Shown here: piece after piece, positions 52,331-64,000 of the stretch | How positions within the stretch are numbered: the first letter of the stretch is position 1 | Layout: each line of letters starts with the position of its first letter | Origin: Octopus bimaculoides | Taxonomy: Eukaryota | Direction: 5' to 3' | Length of the DNA: 64,000 nt | Assembly: GCF_001194135.2 (NCBI RefSeq) | Contig: NC_068986.1 | Location: forward strand, 1,353,772-1,417,771 | Translations under genes and position numbers: made by a program | The notes under the pieces: generated by a model | The model's database searches: none | What the model was told of the DNA's origin: nothing | The model's input: only the letters and a program-made list of their open reading frames with translations

Positions 52331-53013
52331 GGTCAATGTGACCCTCAAAGATTTGAGGAGTAATTTGAATGCTAAACGATTAGTCAACAATTGGCTTGCA
52401 GATTTAATTTTCCAGGAGATTCTCTCATACTCCTTGTCAATCACTATAGCACTATTTATATTGTGGCAATATTCATTTCTACAAGATACAATTTCAAATT
52501 TATAATTCAAAATTTTATTAATTCTTTCAAAATAAAGACACTAAGAAAAAAGTAATATTTCATTGTTTTACTGGTTTCTCTTAATTGACTATGTCTATGC
52601 TGGAGTACCATCACCAAAAGATTTTGTTGATTATGATGACCACCAGTAATTATTTCAATTTGGTACTTATTTTATCGATCTCTATTTGTCAAACTGCTAA
52701 GTTAGAGGACCACTAAGTTTTCTTCCAGATTCATTAATAAACAAAATTTAAATAATGCAAACTAAATTTAGATCATTATAACATTTTTGTTATGCAATTT
52801 AACCAGTAAAAGAGGGAATTTGGTTAAATTTCTCAGACATTTTAAATGGAACATAAAAAGAAAAATCTTTCTCATGAATTCCACTCACATACATGATCAG
52901 CCTTGTCTGATAAAGACTTCAAATTAAAAACTAAAAGGAGAGTCTGCAAACAAGGAACTAGGGGCTGCTGCGAGTACAAATACAAGCATGAAAACATTTG
53001 ATTGGAAATCCTT

Positions 53014-53370
53014 TTAATATGCTTGAATGCTAATGCTTTTCCTCAAGCCCACACATTCCACCTCATCTACGAACAATGATTTGGCTTTAACATCAATATC
53101 CGCTTCCAAGTCACGCTGGTTTTGAAGCAATTTCTTCATGGTGCTGTTTGATTCATAGAGACAGTTCTGTAGTTCTTTAATAGAGAGGCGCAGTTCATGG
53201 ACTTCTTTAATTAGTCTGTACTGCACTTGATCACGACAGAGCTCAATGTTAGGACGGAAGTCCCGTTTTTCAAGACGTGTTTCAGCTAACTTAAGTGGCT
53301 GCTCCTTGTCAGCTATAGCAATCATCAACCTGCTTATGTTTTCTTCAAGTTCTAAAATCTGTTGATGTAT
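53014..53370 (-). CDS. TEKT1: Tektin-1 terminal coding exon (IHQQILELEE...RPNIELCRD...DEVECVGLRKSISIQAY*)
   Basis: Acceptor ttacttgcag|, phase 0; tektin nonapeptide RPNIELCRD; QYRLIKEV and IDEV.C..RKSI-type tail fit the tektin-1 subfamily. Confidence 0.93.
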   Translation of the reverse strand: MHQQILELEENISRLMIAIADKEQPLKLAETRLEKRDFRPNIELCRDQVQYRLIKEVHELRLSIKELQNCLYESNSTMKKLLQNQRDLEADIDVKAKSLFVDEVECVGLRKSISIQAY

Positions 53371-54268
53371 CTGCAAGTAAACAGACCCTCAATTAGATGG
53401 AGTATAAACGTCAAGAACTCCCAGGGAGTAAAAGATTCAATGCTTAGATATAGTAATTGATGGGACCATATAGATAGAAGACAACCATTTAGTGACTACT
53501 GAGTTGGTTCAGGCATATATATATATATTCTTTGAAGGAGATTTAACTGCTGTTTCATTCAGGTCAAGATATTATGTAGAAATTCTTTCATTAGTTCATA
53601 CATAAATACACACACACTCGCACACACATAAAAAATGGCTTAAGTTCAGAAATCAAATAGAATGGAGAAAGGTAAAATAAAAGAAGAAATGTTTACATTT
53701 CTCAATAGGCTTTTGAACAGTTTTAAGATATGAATCCAAACACAATGCTGCTGCACATATCAAATTAAATGCCAAACAAAACTTCAGTGAGAGATGGCTA
53801 ATAATGATATACACGGTTTTCTGGGTGTTTAGTTTGTATTTTCTGAATAAAATGCAGACACATACATAATCAAACAGTTTATATATATACAGAAAAAATA
53901 TATATATACACTTTTATTTATTTCAGTCATGTGACTGCGGCCATGCTGGAGCACTGCCTTTAGTCGAACAAATCGACCCCAGGACTTATTCTTTGTAAGT
54001 CTAATACTTATTCTATCGATTTCTTTTGCCGAACCACTAAGTTATGGGGACGTAAACACACCAACATCGGTTGTCAAGCAATAGTGGGGGGAACAAACAC
54101 AAACACACACACACACGTACACACATAATGGGTTTCTTTCAAATCCACTCACAAAGGCTTGGGTCGGCCCGAGGCTGTAGTAGAAGACACTTGCCCAAGG
54201 TGCCATGCAGTGGGAATGGACCTGGAACCTTGTGGTTGGTAAGCAAGCTACTTACCACACAGCCACTC

Positions 54269-54304
<36 letters not shown>

Positions 54305-54345
54305 CTTTTTTTGTACCTTTTATTTGTTTCAATCACTGGACTATA

Positions 54346-54872
54346 TATTTAGGGTGTTCAGAAAGTAATTGCATTTTACCAGAAAGGATATAAAAACGAA
54401 TCTAAACAATGTTTATCTGAATAGTTTTAATCAGGAATGTAATCACCATCGTTTTCAATGACTGCAGTCCAATGGGAAAGTAACTTTTTATACCAAATTC
54501 AAAGGAACCTGTTTCTTTTCCTGAAAAAAAGTCTGAAAGACTGTTCTCAACTTCCTCTCTGTTTCTGAATGTTTTGTCTCTAATAAAATGTTCCAGTGAT
54601 TAGAACAGATGGAGGATATGGAAAACCTTCCCATCCTCAGAATCTTATTTTTATGGGGATTTATTTCGACGAGTGGCTGTGCATCGTCATTCAGGAGAGT
54701 AACACCTTTTCTCTTTACCAAAGCTGGCCACTTTCAATGCAATTTTTCATTTATATGATCAAGTAGTAGGCAATGGACATCTGAATTGGTGGTTCTTCCG
54801 TATTCCAGTAGCTCGTAATGGATGATACCTTTCATGTTCCACCAAACACAGAGCAAAACTTTTTGTGGATGG
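54346..54872 (-). mobile_element. Mariner transposon 3' relic in last TEKT1 intron
   Basis: - strand KVLLCVWWNMKGIIHYELL...KW PALVKRKGVTLLNDDAQP (decayed HDNARPH); TIR-like ttagggtgttcagaaagtaattgc at 54348. Confidence 0.85.
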
Positions 54873-55102
54873 AGTTCTAGTTTTGGTGTTGGCACTGGCC
54901 TCTCTCTACATATTTGTGTGTGTGTGTGTTATATTTATATACATACACATAATATATATCTATTTGTGTGTATATTTCAATATTGTCTCATGTCAATTAG
55001 ACAAGTAAGTAGATCATCACAATGGTAGAAGATTTGGCTGCTATTTCTCTGAGTTCAAGATACCTTGTAAATAGCAAAGGTGACAAAGTTATGGCTACTT
55101 AC

Positions 55103-55325
55103 TTTATTTAGATTATCTCCTAACTTCTGTTTGGTATCTCTAGTTTCGGAAATTCTACGAGAAAATGCCAAATTGACAGCATCACACTGCTGTTTCATGT
55201 CGTTGGCAGTTTGCTGAAGGATGCCATCAATCAACGAACGGAGGTTGGTTGAGGTTTCTCTTTCCTGTTCTGTTTTCTCAATGTTTTTGTTGGAGAATTC
55301 CTGCCATTCATCAACCGTTACAGAT
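55103..55325 (-). CDS. TEKT1: Tektin-1 exon: SVTVDEWQEFSNKNIEKTEQERETSTNLRSLIDGILQQTANDMKQQCDAVNLAFSRRISETRDTKQKLGDNLNK
   Basis: Acceptor ttattgtag|, donor aaa|gtaagt, 223 nt phase 2 to 0; resembles TEKT1 SVSLEDWLDFS...ILSQTANDLRKQCD. Confidence 0.93.
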
Positions 55326-55726
55326 CTACAATAAAAATCAAAGAAACTCCATCAGGAAACCAACACCGAAACATAAAAGTGACGTTCTACTTACTACTAC
55401 TACTACTACTACTACTACTGCTGTCTGTGAATAGCAAATGGGTTTCTCTTTATAAAAATATCCCCAAAAAACTCAATGCCCCAAGGAATTTTGAAAGGAA
55501 CCCAGCCTCTCCACCAACACCAGAGGCTTGAAGGAAATCTTGTTCTGTCTCACGAAATTTCTCTTAAAAGCCTTCCTAGTAGGACTTCAAGCACATAACT
55601 AACACTTGCCAGGTGGCTTTAGTAGAATGACCTATACTGATAATGCTAAGTGAACAACAAATTATATTGTGAAGATAAAATAGTATGGTTCATAGAGCAG
55701 AAAGAACATTATAGAATCTAGTTTAA

Positions 55727-55950
55727 CCCTTGAGCATTTAAACCATTCAGGTATATTCAACCCAAATGTTCTACATGTTTTATGTTCAAACTGACCAGGT
55801 TCAACCTCACACACCTACCTTACAATATCATTCTAAAAATATACCATAACATCATCGAAGTCTCAAAGCTATGAGATAATCCATGATTAATTCTAAACAA
55901 TGTGAATAAATAAGCATTGCATTTGACAGAATAATCTGGATGCTAAAGGG
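55727..55950. mobile_element. piggyBac-type MITE, same family as 36846-37045
   Basis: ttaa-cccttgagcatttaaac...gatgctaaaggg-tgaa. Confidence 0.7.
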
Positions 55951-57224
55951 TGAAGGAAATAGATTGGAAAGGAAGGAAGTAATTTGTAGTGTAAGTAGTA
56001 AGGATATAATGGCTCAAATCCATCACTGTCCACATTGAGAGCCTCTGCATCAGAGCATCAGACAAAATATCTTGCAAGATATGTTTGTTCCATGTGTTTT
56101 GAGTTTAAATCTTGCTGCAGTCAACTTTGTCTTTTGTCCTTTTGGGATTGATAAAAAGTACCGATCCCAGGTTAGAAAGGTGAAACTAGAAGAATGTTGG
56201 ACAGGCTGCCTTGTAGTATTCGTTCCGGCTCTTTGCACTCTGAGTTCAAATCATACCTTAGTCAACTTGGGTAGCAGACTTAACTCATCTCATGGTGTAA
56301 CACCTGGCATCTTCAGTGCTTTAATGGAGTCCACTCTGTTGAAAGTATTTGGTCTAGGTTTCTTATTTTAAGATATTCTATCTCACTCCTTCCCTTCCTT
56401 CTACCAGTTTCAGAGGCCCTGTAAAAGGTCGTGGCTACTAGCTTTCCCCACTGACTAAAAGAACCAAAAAAAAGATTGTGCTTATATTACCAAGTATCAC
56501 TTATTAATCAATTCTTTGAAGTAAGAACTGGAAAATCTTTACTTCAAAGACTACATATATACATTACAAACACTGGGAATTTGTAGTTTACCCTTGGAAA
56601 TCTGACAACCTTTGCTCCCAAAATAAAGGGGATATGCATGTGATAATTATTTTGATTGGTTGCAGCAGCTCTCAATATATTTTTGAATAAGACAGTCCCT
56701 CATACACCTACCCATAACCATTTCTGATACCAGCCATTCATGAACCCGCAAAACATACATGTCTGTCTGTTGTATTGTTTCTTATCTGTTGCAAGATACT
56801 AAAGAAAATATTAGTCGAAATTCTATATTTATTCTATCACTGTTATTACAGAGGTAAAACTGGCAGAAAATATTCACCTGTCTTCCAGTTGGCTCTAACA
56901 AGGAATGGATCATCAGTCTAAATCATTACAAACAAAGAAATAATGTAAACTAGCAACAGTAGATTCTAGCAAAATAACTGAACTTTATCTTGTTTGCCTA
57001 CAATTTGAAACAAACTGTTTATTTATAGATGTTACTTATTTCTTAAGCTTTACTGCTTACAAATGTTAACACACACACAAGCATGCATGCACGCACACAC
57101 ACACACACGCACACACACACACATGCAAGCAAGCAAACTCTATTACCATTCATCAAGGTATTAGAGAAATAGTTTTCAAATGTAGACTGGAATTCATTAT
57201 AAAACTAAGAGAAAAAAAAGGTAC

Positions 57225-57368
57225 TTTGGTGATATTTTTACTGCAGCATCATTATAGTCTATGTCCGAGGAATGGCTTTTAAGTTGTTGGCAGTATTCAT
57301 CAATGTTAATTCCACTCATCTTGTCTTTAAGATCCAACTGCAAGTTATACCTGGCTTTTCGGTTACGG
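57225..57368 (-). CDS. TEKT1: Tektin-1 exon: RNRKARYNLQLDLKDKMSGINIDEYCQQLKSHSSDIDYNDAAVKISP
   Basis: Acceptor ttatttttcag|, donor aa|gtacct, 144 nt phase 2/2; resembles TEKT1 NRSAKYNLEKDLKDKF...IDD.C. Confidence 0.92.
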
Positions 57369-57534
57369 CTGAAAAATAAGAAAAGATGTTTTCACCCATG
57401 ATACAATTCAGAAAAAAATCAGTGATGGAAATTGAGGTGAATACACAGTGGACAACAATTCTCTTGCCTTCAGGTCTTGGAGAGGTGGAGTAGACACTTT
57501 TACAGTCAAACCTTACAGTCTTTCCATCCTCAAA

Positions 57535-58035
57535 CTCACTGGCATTAACGAGCAATTTAAAACTGGCTACTCTTGGGAGCTCCTCTACACTAATGACCTT
57601 GTAGATATTGTTGAATCACTACCACAACTAGAGAAGAAATTTCAGATAGGGGAGCAATAATTGGAATCAAAGGGCCTTGGAGTTAATTTAGCAAAGACCA
57701 AAGTTCTAATAAGTAGGAAAACAGACAAATAACAGAGCTCCACATTCAAAGAGATGGCCCATTCTCAATATGTAGAAAAGATGTCGGGAGAAGCTCCATA
57801 TGGTGTACCCAGTGCAAGTTATGGACACATAAGAGGTGCAGCAGTATCACTGGAAGACTGATAGAGGGAGTAATCTTTACATGTGGCAGATGTACAAGTA
57901 CATTAAACACCAGGAATGTACAAAAACTAGATTCTCTCAAATGTCAGGGGGACATTAGAAGTAGTTGACAATTTCCATTACTTATGTTACCAGGTTAGCA
58001 GTGGTGGAGGTTGTTCTGAAAACAAAGCTGCTAGA
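57535..58035 (+). mobile_element. Degraded second copy of the same RTE RT/PHD region
   Basis: GYSWELLYTNDL (decayed YADD), WPFSICRK, CTQCKLWTHKRCS; stops and frameshifts. Confidence 0.85.
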
Positions 58036-58799
58036 AAAAGCACCTATGTGCTGGTGCTGCAAAACAGCACCCAATACATTCTGTAAAGTGATTGGGTGTT
58101 AGGAAGGGCATCCAGCTGTAGAAACCAAGGCAAAACAGACAAATGAAGCCTGGGCAGTTCTTCAGCTGACCAGCTCCTGTCAAACCATCCAACCCATGCC
58201 AACATGGAAAATGGACGTTAAATGATGATGATGATGATGATGATGATGATGTTGAAGTTCCTAGAACCCATTTTCATGATTGATTGAAATATGATTCAAG
58301 GATCAAATGTCAAACTTGCTATCTTAAGATTCCAATTTTGAATATTGTCATAAAATCAGAAAACTTATTGGCAAAGAAAATTATAAAGCCACTGACAATA
58401 GTAAAGATGGATGAGATGGTTGAATAAGGAATTGAATACTTCATGGAATCTAATTTGGAGTGAACTGTGCCAAAATTGAATATACAAAGTGATTGACTTT
58501 TGCTTCTGGCTCCTCGATATTGATAAAATATAGTTAGTAACAAGATAAGATCAATCATTTTGCAACCTACCTTCTCATAAAATTCCACATTATTTCTAGT
58601 TCAAAGAAGTCAATATAGTAAAGCAACAACAAAACCCTACAGGCAGCTAAATGTAATTTACTCTCAAAATAGTCTTTTATGATTTTGCATAATTGCATAC
58701 AGGCCTTCAGGACTCTCTAGCATTATATACAGGGTTATTCAAAAAGAATGACCCAGTTTCATTATGCAATATTTTAATAAAGAAAAACAGTAGAAAACT

Positions 58800-59666
58800 C
58801 CACTGATGCTATATTTCTGGTTAGACAGCTGCAAGAGAAATACCTAATCAAAGATAAACCTCTGTACCTGGCTTTCATCAACATGAAGAAAGCCTTTGAC
58901 AAGGTCCCCCGATCCCTTATCTGGTGGTCAATGAGGAGATTAGGGATAGATGAATGGCTAGTGAGAGCTGTGCAAGCCATGTACAAGGACTCTGTCAGTA
59001 AGGTGAGGGTTGGCAACAAGTACAGTGAAGAATTCCAAGTAGGGGTAGGGGTCCACCAAGGATCAGGCCTCAGCCCACTCTTATTCATCATAGGCCTCCA
59101 GGCAATAACAAAGGAATTCAAGACAGGATGCCCCTGGGAGCTCCTCTATGCTGATGACCTTGCTCTAACTGCTGAGTCACTATCAGAACTAGAAGAGAAG
59201 TTTCAGGTGTGGAAGCAAGGATTAGAATCAAAGGACCTTAGAGTCAACCTAGCTAAAACCATAGTCCTAATAAGTAGGAAGGCAGACAAACCACAAATGC
59301 CTTCAGGTAGATGGCCCTGCTCGATCTGTAGAAAAGGCGTAAGTAGAAACTCCATAAGATGTACCCAGTGTAAGCTATGGGCACATAAGAGGTGCAGTAA
59401 TATCAAAGGAAGGCTAACTGAGAAGATAGTGTTTGTATGTGGCAGATGCTCAGGGGCAGTAAACACTGAAAATGTGCATAAAACAACTTCTGTCACATTC
59501 CAGGGAGAAAAACTAGAAATAGTTGATAGCTTCCATTATCTAGGGTACCAAGTCAGTAGTGGGAGTGGATGCTCTGAGAGTGTAGCTGGTAGAATAAGAA
59601 TAGCCTGGGCAAAGTTCAGAGAGCTCCTACCTCTGCTGGTGAGAAAGGGCCTCTTGCTCAGAGTAA
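58800..59666 (+). mobile_element. RTE-clade LINE reverse-transcriptase fragment, open frame, with embedded PHD finger (antisense in TEKT1 intron)
   Basis: STDAIFLVRQLQEK...KKAFDKVPR...GVHQGSGLSPLLF...YADD, then a C4HC3 motif; truncated at both ends. Confidence 0.95.
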
Positions 59667-59814
59667 AAGTTTCCGTCTACCAAATCCACTCACAAGGCTT
59701 TGGTCAGCCCAAGCCTAAAGTAGAAAACATTTGCCCAAGGAGCTATGCAGTGGGACTAAACTTAGAAACCATGTTGTTGGGAAGCAAGCTTCTTACCACA
59801 CAGCCACACTTGTG

Positions 59815-59849
<35 letters not shown>

Positions 59850-60043
59850 NNNNNNNNNNNNNNNNNNNNNNNNNNNNNNNNNNNNNNNNNNNNNNNNNNN
59901 NNNNNNNNNNNNNNNNNNNNNNNNNNNNNNNNNNNNNNNNNNNNNNNNNNNNNNNNNNNNNNNNNNNNNNNNNNNNNNNNNNNNNNNNNNNNNNNNNNNN
60001 NNNNNNNNNNNNNNNNNNNNNNNNNNNNNNNNNNNNNNNNNNN

Positions 60044-60228
60044 CAGGTGACACGTAAAAGCACCCACTACACTCTCTGAGTGGTTGGCGTTAGGAAGGGC
60101 ATCCAGCTGTAGAAACTCTGCCAAATTAGATTGGAGCCTGGTGTTGCCATCCGGTTTCACCAGTCCTCAGTCAAATCGTCCAACCCATGCTAGCATGGAA
60201 AGCGGATGTTAAACGACGATGATGATGA
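60044..60228 (+). mobile_element. Short RTE-tail-type element (family C), young copy
   Basis: 4 mismatches seen versus the 46092 copy over about 135 nt; older copies near 660-840, 35740-35960, 40700-41000, 42170-42350, 44020-44140, 58045-58250, 61420-61670. Confidence 0.85.
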
Positions 60229-60714
60229 TATATATATATATATATACGTGCACGTGTAAACTTAAATGTACAGTATTATATATCCATTACAGCTGTTCTT
60301 AACAATTGGTTTCACACTAAGGACTCAACAGAGTGTTAGGTAACAGCCCAATTATGTAACCTTGTTCTCTTCAGAGATGAAAGTAATGGAAGTTATGCAA
60401 AGATTCGCCGTAATGAATATATAATACTGTACACTTTGATTAATATACCCACTCTACCGACAAATATACGAGTGCATTTTTTTTCTAATTTATGGATTCT
60501 TAGATGGCTTTATATATATATATATATATATATATGAGTTTAGTTTGTGGTTCATTTTCAATTTTGTTTTAAATCTTTTAAAACTAATAACAACAGATAA
60601 AGACTGTATTCAATAACTTATTGTCAGTTATAAAGTGCTATAATAGCATGAAATAAAAATACAATAATGAAATATTGAAAAAGGGAAGAGAAGGTGATTA
60701 TAAAAGCATCTCAC

Positions 60715-60843
60715 CATAATTGTTCTTTGCTTTGTTCTATCGTGCGGGTCAGCAATGTTATTGCTCCTTCGATAACCTCACATTCCTTCAATAACTCTTT
60801 CTGAACATCATCATGAACCAATTCAATGCCCTCTCGATGTTCT
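60715..60843 (-). CDS. TEKT1: Tektin-1 exon: EHREGIELVHDDVQKELLKECEVIEGAITLLTRTIEQSKEQL
   Basis: Acceptor ttccattctgtag|, donor tatg|gtgaga, 129 nt phase 2/2; tektin GIDLVHD motif. Upstream exons were not found in the window and presumably lie beyond 64000. Confidence 0.93.
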
Positions 60844-62194
60844 CTACAGAATGGAAACAAGATTTTGAGAGCCAATTTATTTAGTTAAAAAATTAAATAA
60901 ATAAGATATTTATTACTATAAGGGAAAGAACATTGTTGGTTTCTTAGATTTTAACATGGTCTTTTATCTTTTATATATAATGCAGAAAATGTAGGTTTGC
61001 CATTTTAGTTCATGAATGCATTATCCAATGTCAATGGGTCCATTATTTTAACACAGTTGGGTGTGATTTAATGAAATTTGGCTGCTATGTTGAGAATCCT
61101 GTTTAACTCCAAGTAAGCACTGATAACGAAGGATGTTCTAGCTACAATGATTCTGTCTTTTCTTTTGCAGATAAATTTCAAGAAACAAACAAGAACAACT
61201 TCTGTCTTTGTATTGTAATCCATAATCTGGACATAAAATTTAGTTCCATTTTTTGGAGGGTTTGAAATAAGTCATGTATCTTTCTATAGCAAGACATTTG
61301 TGCTGATCCCTCTCAACACCTGGTATAATTATCCTTCCCTTTCTACTACAACCCCACCCAGTCAAGGGTGTTTTTTTTCTTTGTTTTGTGAATTATTTGG
61401 TGACCTCAAAAGTGCTTATTGCATGATAAAAGCAATCAATACACTCTGTAAAGTAGTTGGCATTGGGAAGAGCATCCAGCTGTAGAAACCTTACCAAAAC
61501 AGAAACTCATACTAGTTAACTCATAGCTGGGACCCTAACAAGTGCTACTACTCCGGGTCAAAATGGAGAAGTATTGGATCCTGTCAACCATCCAACTCAT
61601 GCTAGGATGGAAGACACAAAATTAAATGATAATGATAATTATGATGATGATGATGATGATGATGATGAGTCACAGGGCTACATTATCCAATGTGCCTTTC
61701 CTCTTTTTCTTATGACAGTAGTGTAGGATTTGAGGGAAACTAGGTAGTTATTTTTAGCATGTTCAACAACCATGGCAGGGATTCTTGTTGGCTCATGTTT
61801 TTAAAGTTGTCAGTTGTTGTTGTTTTGACTCTTGAGCCATCACTGATTGAGCAAACCTAAGATCAAAGGCGTTCCGTCCATGACCATCTCATTTTTTGTA
61901 TATGAAAGGAAAGCATTGCTTCACATATCTCTTCCATTTTAAATGATGGCATGAGGTATGAGGGAATTTAGATTCCATTTCTAGCAGATCAAGCAACCTT
62001 GCAGAGACTTCCTCAATGGCTTACTGCTGCTGCTGTTATTTAGTGCAAAGGGGACCTTAACTGAGTATGATCAAAGACGGTCCAGCTGTGACCATCCTGT
62101 TTTTTGTATGTCTCCTGTGTGTTTTTAGGGTGTCATGTAAGTTAAATTGGTTACTATGTCTAGCAAACTGAGTGACTGCATAGAGGCTCTTTTG

Positions 62195-62346
62195 TTGTTG
62201 TTGCTGTTGTTGTATTACTACTGGTGGCGATGGCAGCAGCAGCAGCAGTGGTGGTGGTGGTGGTGATGATGGTGGTGGTGGTGGTGATGATGGTGGTGGT
62301 GGTGATGATGGTGGTGGTGGTGATGGTGGCGGTGGTGATGATGGTG
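62195..62346. repeat. Compound (TTG)/(CAG)/(GGT)/(GAT) microsatellite
   Basis: Seen directly. Confidence 0.9.
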
Positions 62347-63953
62347 AATGTGTAGAGTTGATAGGAGTTAAACCAATTTGGTGATCATATTTTCCTTTGG
62401 AAGAGGAGAAGGGAGAGGATGGCAAGTGGTGTAATTAGCATCGAAGTATTATGACTGAAATAATGAAAGCTATTGAGAGAGAGAGGAAGAATGTCATAAA
62501 CAATGCTAGGAACTTGGTCAATGTTTATGATGACAGAATCTTGTTTAAGCTTACGAGTGCTAAAGTACTGAATTCATCCTAACAAGTTACTGCGTCTTTC
62601 TAACTCACCAGTCACTAACTCAATAGCATTTTAAACTGGCTATATCTGGCCCAAGTATTCAACTGGTTTTAAACTGGCTAGAGTCAGTTTCTCACACCTA
62701 CCCTGCAATTTGCTTCTAAAAATAAACAATTAGATGATCAAAACTTTGAAGCCTCAACTCAAAACTGTGACTAAATAAGAATTACACATGACTGAGTAAT
62801 TTGAACACTAGAAAGTTACACCTGTCTAATTCATCAATACTAAATTTATCTTTAAGTTTCCTATTATAAATTCAGTTCAAGAAGGTTTGGTTTCTTTATT
62901 TATAGACATTGGTTTCAAATTCTGGCACAAGGCCAGCAAGTTAGGGGGAAGGGGGCTAGTTGATTACTTTGACCCCAGTATTCAACTGGTACTTATTTTG
63001 TTGATCCTGAAAGGATGAAAGGTATAGTCACCCTCAGCAGTATTTGAACTCAGGATGTAAAGACAGATGAAATAGCATTAAATATTTTGTCCGGCATGGT
63101 AACAATTCTACCAGCTTGCCACATTGTCTTTATTTACAGATATTGAGAACATCACTGTCAAGAACTTCTCGCATTGTCATCAGCATCATTCTTGTTACTG
63201 ATGTCTTTGTTGTTGTTTAGTCCCAGGTGAGTTTTGAGCGAACAGACAGGTAATCAAAGCCTTGACTATTTTGTCTTTATTTCAACTTTATTTCAGGTGG
63301 TGTATCTCGGACTTCTGAGACCAAGTGTCCAAACTGAAGCAGCTACACTGAGGAAGAACCATTTAACAATAGACGCAGCTGTTAAAATCACTTTAAGCTT
63401 AAATATATATCATGAGGTATGACCTGGTAATTGACACAGTTCCACTGCAATTCTCTGGAGCTATCTTTATCTAATGCATCCCTTTATCACATTTGCTTGC
63501 AATTTCTAGAACGTTGAGCAACTACTTAGAGACTTTCCTCTTTTTTGAATGCAGAAGCATCATCACTGTTGTTGTTGTTATCATTGTTGCCACCACTGTT
63601 GTTGTTTCTCAGTAGCATCAGTTCTATAGATCTGCTAGATATCCCCGTGCTTTTCTATATTATCTCCTTTTTACATGCAAGTCTATTGTCGCCTACAAAG
63701 ATAGAAGATCATGAGGCACTCAACTACGAGAAACACTAGCTAGTACATAAATATGGTGATGTAAATGATTTAAATAACATCTTGTGCATTTATCTCCATT
63801 TTCCATTATTTTTATGTTCTCCAAAATATGTCTCACTTCTCCTCGGAATTAACACCCATGCAAGCATGACTACTAATTTCTTAGGTGTTTATGTGACATT
63901 TGGCTACCTTGTAACTGTTCTCTGGATCTTTCCTTGTAAATTGAAGATATATA

Positions 63954-64000
<47 letters not shown>

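Noticed and set aside
38261-53014. Functional espin-tektin (microvillus/cilium) gene cluster
   Set aside because: Adjacency alone, interrupted by a housekeeping gene; no shared regulatory evidence in the sequence.
58319-58588. 89-aa - strand ORF considered as a missing tektin exon
   Set aside because: No tektin similarity; the exon chain 60715-57368-55325-53370 is already complete and in phase.
62057-62425. Pro/Gln-rich 122-aa ORF on -
   Set aside because: Translation of a GGT/GAT/TTG microsatellite in a TEKT1 intron; no tektin similarity.
63140-63416. Exon-like pair on + (cag|gtgagt at 63227; 120-nt open segment 63297-63416) antisense to TEKT1
   Set aside because: The first segment has stops in all three frames and the donor falls in what looks like a decayed repeat; no recognisable protein.

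Overview
AT-rich, intron-rich, microsatellite- and SINE-laden eukaryotic DNA from a gapped draft assembly (7 N-runs). The repeat families point to an octopus/cephalopod genome (inference). Three spliced genes were reconstructed by hand from GT-AG boundaries and phase matching; most of their exons are missing from the ORF track. (1) The 3' part of an espin/forked orthologue on + (six exons, 4951-38261: proline-rich region, WH2, actin-bundling module; the ankyrin N-terminus would lie upstream of the window). (2) A complete 5-exon MRPS18A/mL66 gene on - (49770-43320, 167 aa). (3) The last four coding exons of tektin-1 on - (60843-53014). Most notable: the espin WH2 exon has an internal phase-0 donor leading to the bundling module, yet its frame stays open for a further 461 aa to a stop followed by an AATAAA. 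This suggests an alternative C-terminus with no bundling module, carrying 27-aa Ser-rich repeats and an RVxF-type motif. Also present: a minimal hammerhead-ribozyme-like motif of Penelope type, a ~600-bp foldback just upstream of MRPS18A, an RT-deleted RTE element, RTE RT fragments with an embedded PHD finger, mariner relics, MITEs and several hairpins/minisatellites. Repeat boundaries are approximate; family names are from recalled motifs, not database searches.
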